Made by a program: the position numbers and the translations under genes. From positions 17,183,045 through 17,247,044 of the forward strand of contig NC_092680.1 in assembly GCF_964355755.1 (NCBI RefSeq): a stretch of DNA of 64,000 nt. The letters run 5' to 3'. The notes below the pieces were generated by a model. The model saw nothing but the letters and a program-made list of their open reading frames with translations, was not told the origin of the DNA and made no database searches. Source of the DNA: Antedon mediterranea. Lineage: Eukaryota > Animalia > Echinodermata. This document shows positions 53,701 to 64,000 of the stretch, in pieces; the first letter of the stretch is position 1, and each line of letters begins with the position of its first letter.

Positions 53701-56700
53701 AACTTCCTGAATTTACTATCAGATGGTGCTACAGATTCATTGTATTTTTCAGAGCGACTTAAATTTCACCCTGATCTCCGCATCAGAAATTACTTTGTCT
53801 TTTAGTAATAACAGTTTGTTTTCATCTGACATTCAATTTGAAGGGACCATCAATTCTACTGTTAATGGTATTTTAACTGAATCTTTTGTTTTTATAATAA
53901 TAATAATTACCTCCGCCATAAGGAGGTTATATTTTCATCCCTGTATGTTGGTATGTTTGTGTGTATGTGGGTGACGTGTGTGTGTGTCTGTGAACAGCCT
54001 GGAAGTCACAGTTTTTATGCCACAACGATCTATGCCCCAAAAGCTCGGACGAGTTCGATTTTAAGGGGAAAAGGTCACAACTAACAAAAAAACACAGTTT
54101 GTATCCGATTCTCTCCAAACTTAGCCACAATGATCAATGATTCACCATATAATTGTGGTTAAATTTTGAAGAGTCAGGATCAAAGATTAAGGTCCAAAAA
54201 GAAAAGAAATAAAAAAATAATTAAAAAAAAAAACCCTCAGCGGGAATTGAACCAGCAATCACAACTGTGAGAGGCTGGATACATAGCCATTACACCAAAC
54301 TCTCATCCACAACTTTATAGTGTGCAGTTAGCCTATTTATACTTAGAACTAATAAAAAAAAGTAAAACGTTATAATTTCCGGGGAAATTTTATGTAGGGC
54401 AATTTTACAGTAGGCGGAGGTTTGTACTCTCGGAGTACCCTCTAGTTTACACTGTAAGCTGTTTAACCCAAATGAGTGTTACCACATTCTTGTTCCTATA
54501 AAACTGATATCGTTAGCGTATAAGATCAGATTTACTATCAAATTGATAATCTTTTGTAACAGTTTTTTTTTATGAATTAATATGCAGACCATAACCGATT
54601 ACCATATCACATTATAACAGTTCCTATAGATCCCTCCGGTATCGTAATTACGTCAGCAAGTGCTAACAAAAACTACTTGACAAGAAATATAACACCAATA
54701 CTTCTTTGAAGTGAACAGTATAGTTTTAATGTCTTCTTAATTTGAATTACCTTAGGTATACAATAATAATCTTTATTTATTGTTGTTACATCAATTTCTA
54801 TGTAGCCGATGTAAAACCTGGAGCTATTTTACGTGTAACTATAACAGTTGAAATAACTGACATATTCAATGGCTTAGTCACCGCAGAAGGAGTGTCCAAC
54901 GCAGTTTTCAGTAAACTACCGCAATTCGTGATGAACATCACCGAGCAATCTGCAGATGGCAATGTTTATGTTAACGTTGGTCAAAAAGTGCATATGAACC
55001 TTATTGTTGAGTTTCCAAAAGGTACCGCTGATCCTACAATTGAAGTCACACTACCATACAACTTCACGACTAACAAGACAAGCGAGCAGTGGAGTATCAA
55101 CAAAGTGTCCGTTTCGTATGTCAGTGACTCCTTATCCTGTACATATTCGACAGAGTTCTGCTACTACGCTTCTCAGACGCAGTACATTGCTAACGATGAT
55201 GATTTAGGCATCCTTAAAGACTGGTCGGTGACACAGTTCGACGGATTTATTGAAGTGAATGACCCAGATGCTTCCTATAACATCTTGGCGTTAGAAGTTG
55301 AAATTGTCCTAGACGATACAGACGCGGTGGTCAATGGATCTGAGCACTGGTTAGGACTTGGAATGCAGATTGGCGATGGAGCTCACATCTGGGTTGGAGA
55401 AGTACCAGTTTATACGCTGATTAATGAAGTCCCGAAGCCTAAGATGTCGTTCAAGATAACATACGAAACTAATTCCTTTTATAAAGGGTAAGTTTAGTAT
55501 CGGATACAAGCAATGTAGGCCTACTGTAAGAGTAATTGTTCTTATTATTGTAGAATAGTATGAATGAAATAAGATAAATTTGAATGATTCAAGTTGACAC
55601 CAGCGAACACTATCAGAACTTATGATGTATATTATTTAATTGGTAAACAATATTGCATTCGTCGTATTTGATCGTTGGCAATCATTGTTTATGTTTGGCA
55701 ATGTAATGTTTTAATGCAACCAATTTGAACATAAGCGGTTGACATTTTGTTTGCGGCATTTGACATTTGGGTCGCGACAATATTTTCACATAATTGCTTT
55801 TGACGTTCTATAAGTATTGGGATATAATGATTGTGGTACCACTCTAGTTCGAATTCGATAAGATTGGTTGTTATTTTCAGTGATGATGTAATACTACTGA
55901 TTAGTATTTGGCACGATGACGATTCAACCGGAAAAGCAGTAAATGTAACTTTCACAATAATGACGTCGAAAAATGTGCGATATCTTAGTCTTGAATCAGA
56001 ATATACAGAGCTGTTCCAGCCACCAGTGGTAAACCCAAGCATGTCTGGACCATCTCCTGTTCGATTTAATGTAAGTTATTCTACAATCAACCGGATTCAA
56101 TTATGTGTAGGGCCCATGGTCAGCTTGGTCAATAAGGTTTGGAAGAGTACTTTTACTTAGTACTTTCGGTGTTTACCTACAGCGCTGATACATTTTGAAA
56201 GATTAGGAAACGGGTGGATGGCCAGCCAGTGTAGTACCTTCAGTAACATGTTCAGAATACATTCATACACCTATTAATGAAGTATAACGTCTGTCTGCAT
56301 TAGGATAACAAATTCGATCTTGGCTGGGTGCGATTTGTTCAGTCTTCAGATTTGTTATCATTTAAAAGGTTTACAATTATTACAGCCATATTTCACTGTG
56401 TGGTGTGTTTCTTTTTCTCTGTTTTAATGACTTATGATATAAGTGGACAGGGGTTTTCTTAATGAAATCAAAGACAGGCGTATATGACAACATTTAGTAA
56501 CATTTTGTATGTATTTTACAGCTCGGAACTATTCAGATTGCTGCCAAACCAACTTTCCGTGTACGCCTAGGAATCGACAAAAACGGAAACACTGTGCCGG
56601 GCACTCATCGATTTTTTGGCGTGGTTGATTTGTTGTGGTTCTCGACTGCTAATATCGCTAAAGTTCTTGGTTCCACAAAATATTTTCAATTTAAGTATTC

Positions 56701-59700
56701 GGACAGACCAGATGGTGGTGGTGGTAAGTGTACAATAGTGTTTTTAATAAGGCGACCAAAACATTGAGAATGTTTCTTTCACAACATCAAGCCATTCTTA
56801 TCAAATCTGAATTATATTTATTATGATTGTAATATCGGTAAAGTATCAACAATTTTTCCTGTAAACATAGAGAAGTTGTAGATACAGGAACACATGTGTA
56901 TCATAACGATGACTTGCCTCGACCAAAACAACTTTCGTTGATACAATTAATTTACATGTATGTGATCGATATTACGTTGTAATAAACAGTGTGTCTATGA
57001 TTTTTACAAACATGAATCGGCTGATTGTAATAACTCTATAACTCTTACACTGTACTTGTAGATTTATGTCGATCTGGTTACACACCTTACGAAGAAACGT
57101 GTTACAAAGTGTTCAACGACACGCTAGAAACTTGGGATGCAGCAAAGGCGGCCTGTGAAGCAGACAATGCGCAATTAGTCATGATTGAAGATACGTTTGA
57201 ACAGCAATTTCTTCGCGGGCTCGTTCCAGCACTCTCGCCATACAAATACTGGATTGGGCTAAAAGACGTTGGGGTGAGTATGACTCAGAGATGCCACGTC
57301 ACTAGTAATCACCGTAATGAACTGACTAAGTAAACGAGGCAGGCCAGGGACGTAACTTCGACAGGGCAAGTCTATAACTAATGACATGATATGCCATTCA
57401 TTATACTCATTATGACTTTTCAATTATAACAATGTATATGTTCTAGGGTACTGATACTTTCAAATGGACAAACGGGTCATCGGCGTCTTTTACAAAATGG
57501 CTACCAAACAGACCCGGAACAAGTGTGACTGAAGACTGTGGAGCTGCGGCTTTTGTAGATGTATACGATACCAGGGATTTCAGTACTGATCTTGGTGATT
57601 GGGACATTATGGATTGCACCGCTATCCTGCCAGCTATCTGCGAGTATAATATGTTAGATTTTGAATACGGTACGCTAAATCCAAGGTTCTTAACATACTG
57701 CAAAAGACCGTGTTTCTGCAGCCAAAAATTAACCGATAAAACTTAACCGATAATTAACCGATGTGGAAACGGGGTTTAACTGATTCCGCTCCAGAAAAAT
57801 TAACCGATAATTATCTTATTCAAATCGAATAATTATCGGATAAATGCAATAATGTTTTAACCTTTGACCTAGGACAAATTGTTGCGATGTCATTGTGCAC
57901 TTGGTTTTTCGATAATGACTACATACTATCATAGACTAGTTCGCCACAATAAACCTCTAAATGAGTTACAACTGTAATTTTGTAATAAAGTAGCACACAA
58001 ATATTGTCTATTAGAAAATGGGTTTTAGCAAAATAAATACGGATTTCCATTTTTAGTTACTTTTTTTCTTCAGATGAGGGAACACCAGAACCAGCATCTT
58101 CTTCAAATGAGGGAACACCAGAACCAGTATTTTATTCAGATGAGGGTACACCAGAACCAGTACTAGGACCTGCAAAAGAAGCTGTGATGAGGTACAGTAA
58201 ATGGACCGAATCTCAGACAGACGTCTGCCATTATGAAGGGGGATCGAGCCAGTGCGATGGTTGCGTAGCTGGTGCTCATAAGTGTGAAAATGGAAAACAT
58301 ACTGTGTGTGTCAGTGATCTTAGTAAATGCCCAGTTGTAGGTAAGTTTGGAAAAAAAGAATTCTGTATAGTATAGCTAATATTGCACAAGAAGTTCCGTC
58401 GCATCATTAGAAAACTCTAAGAGCTTAAATATATATAACACTTCTTAATCTACAATACGTGTTTCAGTAATGTTAAAACATATCAGTCTAAACTAATATC
58501 CCTTAAAACCCCAAAAGGAAACTAGTAAATTAGACGCACTTTTACCAACAATTCACATGGTTTTATCCGTGTGACTTTTAGCAATTTGTCGAAGAATCAA
58601 CATATTTTTCACACAATACAATTTATCGATTTTTTAAAAATTATTATTTCGACACAGATTACTATGACCGGGGTTTTGTCATAACTAAGAAGTTGGATGA
58701 TCCGGATAACGACGTCATTTTTGCTTGTAACCCTTCAGTTGGACGTCTATCAGACAAGATTGTTCCGTCCTGCTATGTACAAGATAATCCACCAGATGGA
58801 CGCTGGAAAGGTAACAAAATGAGGATTGTTTTCGTAATGTTCCTCAAAGAATATCACTGACCTGAGTCTGTCTGATATATTAAAACACAAAGAACTTTCA
58901 TACTTAACGCCTAATTTCTACGGGTCATCATACACATCGATATGGACAGCAAGAGGAATCTCTAACTTGATAAATCGAAAAGTAATAGGCTTAACACTGA
59001 AACTTTCTCCCGGAGATCTTTCGTTTTGCAGAGAACTAGCAATGAATTGATTTCTTTTGTCAATACATCCTGCCTTGAATGCCTAGCGGCCACACATATT
59101 TTCCAATTTTTAAAAAAGGCACATAATAAACGGAACATCTAAATCTATCCCAGTATTATTACTATTATAATATGTATAAAAAATTAAATATGTTTCAATA
59201 GCTCTACCAATGAACCTACACAATGTCATTGGATCTAACCAACTCACAGGAATTATCTATGGCATTCACATGGACATGCGCAGTTACATGCGCAGTAAGG
59301 ATCATGGTGCAACGTGGGTGTTTATCAGTAAAGACGCCTGGGACTCTTTGACAAAAAGTTTGCCGGACTTCAAGACGGCTGGAACTAGTGAGGGCAACTG
59401 GCTGTGTAAGTTATTTATCTTTTTCTATTTGGTTACTGTTGTCTGACGTACGTTTGACCAATCTCAAGCGACGGCTCATCTGACCTGTCTCTTGTGATTG
59501 GTCAAGTGCTTAAAAATAAGCTGTACTTTGCTTCTGTGGAAATAAATTAGACTTTTTTTTGTTTTAATATACGGTGACCTTAATTCTGACAATGGAACTA
59601 AATAAAACCACGTTAGATTTTAAAGTTACACTTCTATAGTTACTATAATATAAAATTACTATATTTTTGTAATTAATTTCTATCTCATCTGCAGATGACG

Positions 59701-59753
59701 ACAGTGGCCTCAAGTATGATGGCGTTTTGAAAATGAAAAAAGACTGCTGCTAA
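41754..59753 (+). CDS. Predicted secreted mosaic protein (~1120 aa): signal peptide, YWTD beta-propeller, unassigned region, C-type lectin domain, Cys-rich module, unassigned C-terminal region
   Basis: In-phase GT-AG exons: 41754-41811, 44622-44855, 47817-47985, 48805-48929, 49999-50244, 52207-52361, 53324-53392, 53753-53867, 54806-55487, 55881-56070, 56522-56723, 57062-57273, 57447-57669, 58074-58340, 58658-58810, 59202-59405, 59695-59753 (3363 nt). Signal-peptide-like [24 protein letters not shown]-type repeats LYWSD, LYWKD, LYWTD, MYWCD, LYWTG. CTLD with CYKV...WIGL...W...C...C. Ends KKDCC*. The link from exon 1 is the least certain part. Confidence 0.8.
42065..42863. mobile_element. Non-autonomous element with long imperfect TIRs (TAG...CTA ends, possibly Academ-like)
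   Basis: tagttccgtttcgcacctgt...tcataagtactt...cagacgtgtt is mirrored by aacacgtctg...aagtacttatga...acagttgcgaaacggaacta. An end fragment also occurs at ~23380-23420. Confidence 0.6.
45229..46191 (+). mobile_element. Young 5'-truncated Penelope-like element: GIY-YIG ORF, inverted pseudo-LTR, 12-bp TSD
   Basis: ORF 45437-46093 contains [30 protein letters not shown]...SAITEH...RESLHI...MNRDTG. A 172-bp inverted repeat spans 45268-45439 and 46021-46192. TSD tgtttatttatt at 45217-45228 and 46192-46203. Confidence 0.92.
46100..46150 (+). ncRNA. Putative minimal hammerhead ribozyme variant in the Penelope terminal repeat (antisense copy at ~45310-45360)
   Basis: TTGAGAAG-[GATCTC tgata GAGATC]-GAAACGTT: variant core, perfect stem II, GAAA and a palindromic AACGTT stem III. 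Confidence 0.55.
50367..51290. mobile_element. Non-autonomous element with a long terminal palindrome and internal inverted repeats (Crypton-like)
   Basis: A ~165-bp hairpin is centred on gaggcgatgagccgag (50371-50540). tatataacatctaaataaattc (~50543) is inverted relative to gaatttatttaggtgttatata (~51265). Confidence 0.55.
53903..54447 (+). mobile_element. Helentron-associated (HINE/DINE-1-like) element
   Basis: Subterminal inverted repeats acctccgcc and ggcggaggt, a GT-rich microsatellite after the 5' end, and a 3' hairpin actctcggagt followed by ctctagtt. It carries a tRNA-like segment at ~54235-54300. Confidence 0.75.
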
Positions 59754-60425
59754 ATAAATGTTATGACATTTTAGCGGCCCGACTCTTTTTCAGCTGTCGC
59801 AATTAGGCCCTATTAGGAAAATTGGATTTTGTCCTGTTAAATGGCATCGAAAACTTATCTTTGAATTTTACTAAATATTTTTGTTTTATATTTGTTTGTG
59901 ATTGTAATTATGATATTTGCAGCGTATTTAATTAAAACAAAAGTTAAAACAAATGCAAAACATTTCAGAAATTTACTAATCGTAAGAGAATTACAAGTTT
60001 ATCACCTTGAGCAAAACAATGTGAATATTTATTATTATTATTACATTTTTTCAATTTTAAATATGTAAGATGGTATCAGTTATTATTAAGTAAAATAGAA
60101 ATAGGGTATAGAGACTATGTGACCAAAATACAAATAGAGTAAATTCTGTATAATGTCTGGCGACAATAAACATTGTGCTGTATCGTGGCTGATGACCGCA
60201 ACGGCTCATATCATAGCACCTAATATTTATAAACTTAGCCTAAATAATCTCTTACTATTACAGTATCCGATAGCGGATAAATATTTTTGTCAGAAGAGGC
60301 TGTTTAATGTCACTCACGGATACTTTAAGGTCATTAATGTCACCGTCACTGTATTTTAGAAAGTAGTCCTAATTATCAATTTCATGAAATTTATGCAACA
60401 AAATGCCGTGCTTTTAGTTTAATGT

Positions 60426-60797
60426 CTAGTCCTAGGCCTCTAGATGGCTCTTAGCTTTCGTGGTCTTAGGTTTCGTGACACCCCTAGTCCTAGGCCTCTA
60501 GATGGCTCTTAGCTTTCGTGGTCTTAGGTTTCGTGACACCCCTAGTCCTAGGCCTCTAGATGGCTCTTAGCTTTCGTGGTCTTAGGTTTCGTGACACCCC
60601 TAGTCCTAGGCCTCTAGATGGCTCTTAGCTTTCGTGGTCTTAGGTTTCGTGACACCCCTAGTCCTAGGCCTCTAGATGGCTCTTAGCTTTCGTGGTCTTA
60701 GGTTTCGTGACACCCCTAGTCCTAGGCCTCTAGATGGCTCTTAGTTTTCGTGGTCTTAGGTTTCGTGACACTCCTAGTCCTAGGCCTCTAGATGGCT
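60426..60797. repeat. 58-bp tandem array, about 6.4 near-identical copies
   Basis: Unit ctagtcctaggcctctagatggctcttagctttcgtggtcttaggtttcgtgacaccc starts at 60426, 60484, 60542, 60600, 60658, 60716 and 60774 (partial). Confidence 0.97.
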
Positions 60798-63039
60798 TCG
60801 GCTTTGTTAAATAATGTCGTATACGTATAAACATCTTTGTGAACATGCCGTGTTAATCTTACTGTACAATCACATGGCTTTCCGATTTTTAAGGAAAATA
60901 TAGGCGTAGGCCAAGTTCTACTAGATCTTATGTACAATTTCATAAGACACACTTTAATTAAGCCTTTCGTTCCGCGAACGTATACCGTTTGCCTCCTCAC
61001 ACCAGAAACTCCTTGCAAGAAAAAAACTATAGCCTCAATGTGTTTAAATAAGGAATGTATTATTATTATTGTTAAATTGGTGTATTAATTGAATTAATTA
61101 ACGTAATTCAGCGCTTAAATAAAGTTGTCGAAAAAAAAAATCATTATTACATAGTTGAATTTTTTTTATGTTGTACTACTACATAACCACAGACATCTGA
61201 CACTTGACTTGACTACTAACCATTGCAAGAAATTCTCGCTATATTTGAGAATTAGGATTCATATTATGACTACAGTATTTTAATTCATTGAAGTTCAAAC
61301 ACCCAATTTGTACGGCCATCTGCGTTGAAATACCGGTTCTCGTCAGTTGGCGTTCTGGATGGGAGAGCGCGCGTCTGGAATCGCATCGGATGCTCTATAT
61401 GCTTTATTTTTTCTCCTACAAGAAGAGGCTAAAATCATGAATAATTCATGATTGATAAGTCATTATGACATTATAGGGGTCGCTATATATTTACATGGAC
61501 AGTAATGTGAGTGATGGAGTAATGATAATATCGGGATAGCATGTGGTAGGCATGGGTATGGGCATGTTTTCTTAAAGTTTTTGAAAAATACCTGAAAACC
61601 AGGAGCAACATGCATAATCAAAGTGACAATGAGTGCAGAGCAAAGATTCTCAATTCAATATAGGCAAGTTATGCTTGACGATAACTTTAAATTGTGGACG
61701 TTTATCGCGCAAACAAACATTACAAAAAAAGAGTTAACAATTTTCTGAAATTATTTGTGTTAATATAAGTTTGTGGGCGAATTTATTTTCGCAAACCGCA
61801 TGTTCCCTGATCTCTAAATTAATTTTGGTAGCACATTCTTTACTTTCACAACTGTGATTGGCTAAATCGTCGTCACTGCTTTGCTCCAATTGGTTGATTG
61901 TCTACTCAACAATCACTGTTGCCACCGCGTATTCTAAACTTTCTCGGAACAACGATAGTCAACTGCAGAAGAAACACGTCTGCTACCAAGCTCCGCCCCA
62001 GAAGAACTTTTAGAAAAGTAGAGGGCGCTATAATAATAATAATAATAATTTTTATTTGGAAAACGCTTTTTGAACAGCGGCACACATAATAATTAATGGT
62101 GCATCCTTAAAACAATTAAACATACAATATAAAAATATATGAGTATCAAAATAAAGATAGACTAGATTAAAACAGATAATACTCAGATAAAACGGAAGTT
62201 CGATAAAACCAAATTAAAAATAAACTGTAATACTAAAACCAATTAAATGCAACCCACATACATAAGCTTGGACACTAAATTAGCATATCAATTAGTATAT
62301 AAACAAATTATGGAAATGTTGCCAAAATATTGTTTTATGTTGTTATTATGTATAAGGACCTCAAATCACCGGACAAAAAATGAAGTTATCTAAATCACTT
62401 CTTCTATTAAGTTAGGGTGTCTGAATAGGGCCATATGGGGTAAGATTATTCCAAGTTAAATAACAAATAATAACGGATCGATGTTTCGTAAAATCTTCTT
62501 TTTTTTTGCTGTAAAGTTATATACTAACTTGTTTTAATTCATAAGATTTACTGAAACTTAAAGCAGATTCAAAAGGCAACAAATAGCCTAACTATACTAA
62601 ATAAATCATATTTATATAACAGTACCACACTACTACAGATTGTATGAATATTATAATTTTAAAATAAATTTATTTAGAAAAATTAATACAAACAACTTGA
62701 AATGCTATTTTTCATAAATTAATAAATATAGGCCTGAAATAAAAATAATTATAGGCCTGCTTTACATTTTGTATACACTACTTGTTTTTAATGTGTTATA
62801 GGCCTACTGCGTCTAATAAATTACACATTTATTTAAGATTGAAGAAAATTGGGACTCATGACTCCTAAAGTTATAGTAATCTTATTTACTTTAGCAGTTC
62901 CTGAAAAATTCTCTATATGTATGTTTTACATTTTCTTTTGCTTGTCAAATAAATAAATAAAATAAGACATTTTCACCAATAATAACTTTTTAAAATAATT
63001 ATAATCCGAAATTTGATTAGCGACCTCTATGTATTATAA

Positions 63040-63110
63040 AAACTAATTACGTCAGAGTCTGGCCAGCGGTTGTATGACGCATTGATGACGCGTCACAAAA
63101 CCCGATGAAC
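63040..63110 (+). promoter_or_regulatory. Probable promoter of the gene at the right end (CRE-like motifs)
   Basis: ttacgtca, tgacgca and tgacgcgtca are clustered in CpG-richer DNA about 400 bp upstream of the ATG. Confidence 0.45.
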
Positions 63111-63461
63111 CACAGATTCTCCGGAACTCACATTGTACTCTCGTCGTACGATTGTTGTAAACAGTGTGGTGGTGCGGTGTGGTATGTTGATATCAGCTGA
63201 TTGTTGACATTTTGGAACTTTTATTACAGAAGTTGGAAAGTGTTTGTATAAGAGAATAAAGGCAAATTATTATAGCGGTCGAAAAATGGAACATTCCCTT
63301 ATCACACTTTAAGGTTAGGGCCTAGACAGAAAAAAAACGCTAGGCCTTGATAGACGTTTAACAAATCATCGTCAATAAATTGTTGTGTGACGTGAGGAGA
63401 GTCTAAGCTAGGACAGGTAGGCCTACACTACATATAGAGGGAGAGGGATTGCCAGGGAGAG

Positions 63462-63679
63462 ATGGCATCCGGTGTTGTGGAAGAGGGCCCTGCTGCTGTA
63501 GCAACCTGTACGAATGATGCTGATACTACTACAAGCCAGCCTGATGCAGCAGTGCCTGGGGTTTCGATGTATGGCTGGCGACGTGATTTAGATAAAACCT
63601 TTGAAGAAAAATGGGGTCCATTGAGATCAAAACATATACGATTAAGGCAATTAGCAGAAATGATAGGGCAGGGATTTAG
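63462..63679 (+). CDS. First coding exon of an unidentified gene that continues past the window
   Basis: ATG in gagATGG context, open frame MASGVVEEGPAAVATC...KWGPLRSKHIRLRQLAEMIGQGF(R), ending at a strong AG|gtgagt donor. Family not recognised. Confidence 0.6.
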
Positions 63680-64000
63680 GTGAGTAAACAGCAAGATTTA
63701 TTTTTTTATTATCTTGTATTCATTATTGTACTGTAGAATCCGATCCGGGACGATTTGTTTGGCCTGGACGATTCCTTAAGCAGCCAAAGCTGCCGTATCC
63801 CTCGTTAACCACAGCGTAAAATAAATTCCTAAAAAAGTCATTTTTTATGCAATTATTATTTCAGAAAAAAACATTTGTTTATGCATTCGCCAACAAATTT
63901 GTTTAAACATTGTTGACATGGCTATAAAGGAGTATAACATAATCATTTAAACATAGTTGACATGGCTATAATAAGGAGTGTATAACATAATCATTTATGC

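Noticed and set aside
54235-54300. tRNA gene
   Set aside because: Degenerate tRNA-like segment inside a HINE-type element with no intact cloverleaf. The other tRNA-like segments in the window are SINE heads.
60426-60797. CRISPR-like repeat/spacer geometry (24-bp repeat, 34-bp spacer)
   Set aside because: The spacers are identical to each other, there are no cas genes, and the context is eukaryotic. It is a tandem repeat.
62010-62032. CTCF-like motif (gtagagggcgcta; similar at ~25199 and ~51075)
   Set aside because: Only partial matches, some inside repeats, and not supportable without binding data.

Overview
AT-rich, intron-containing animal genomic DNA. It is probably from a marine invertebrate, possibly an echinoderm, but this is inferred only from gene style and repeat families. 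Reading splice sites by hand gives four complete protein-coding genes: SLC30A5/ZnT5 (minus strand, 16 coding exons, ~788 aa, one U12-type intron), MRPS36/KGD4 (plus, 4 exons, ~85 aa, head-to-head with SLC30A5), RGP1 (minus, 8 coding exons, ~383 aa), and a 17-exon, ~1120-aa apparently secreted mosaic protein (signal peptide, YWTD beta-propeller, unassigned region, C-type lectin domain, Cys-rich module, unassigned C-terminal region). The first coding exon of an unidentified gene lies at the right end, and a probable first exon and promoter of a leftward gene lies near 7.5 kb. Introns and intergenic DNA contain Penelope-like elements with inverted terminal repeats and hammerhead-like motifs, LINE fragments, tRNA-derived SINEs, several MITE/DNA-transposon families, a Helentron-type element and a near-perfect 58-bp tandem array. 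There is no CRISPR array, rRNA or convincing intact tRNA. All calls come from manual reading; no database search was run.
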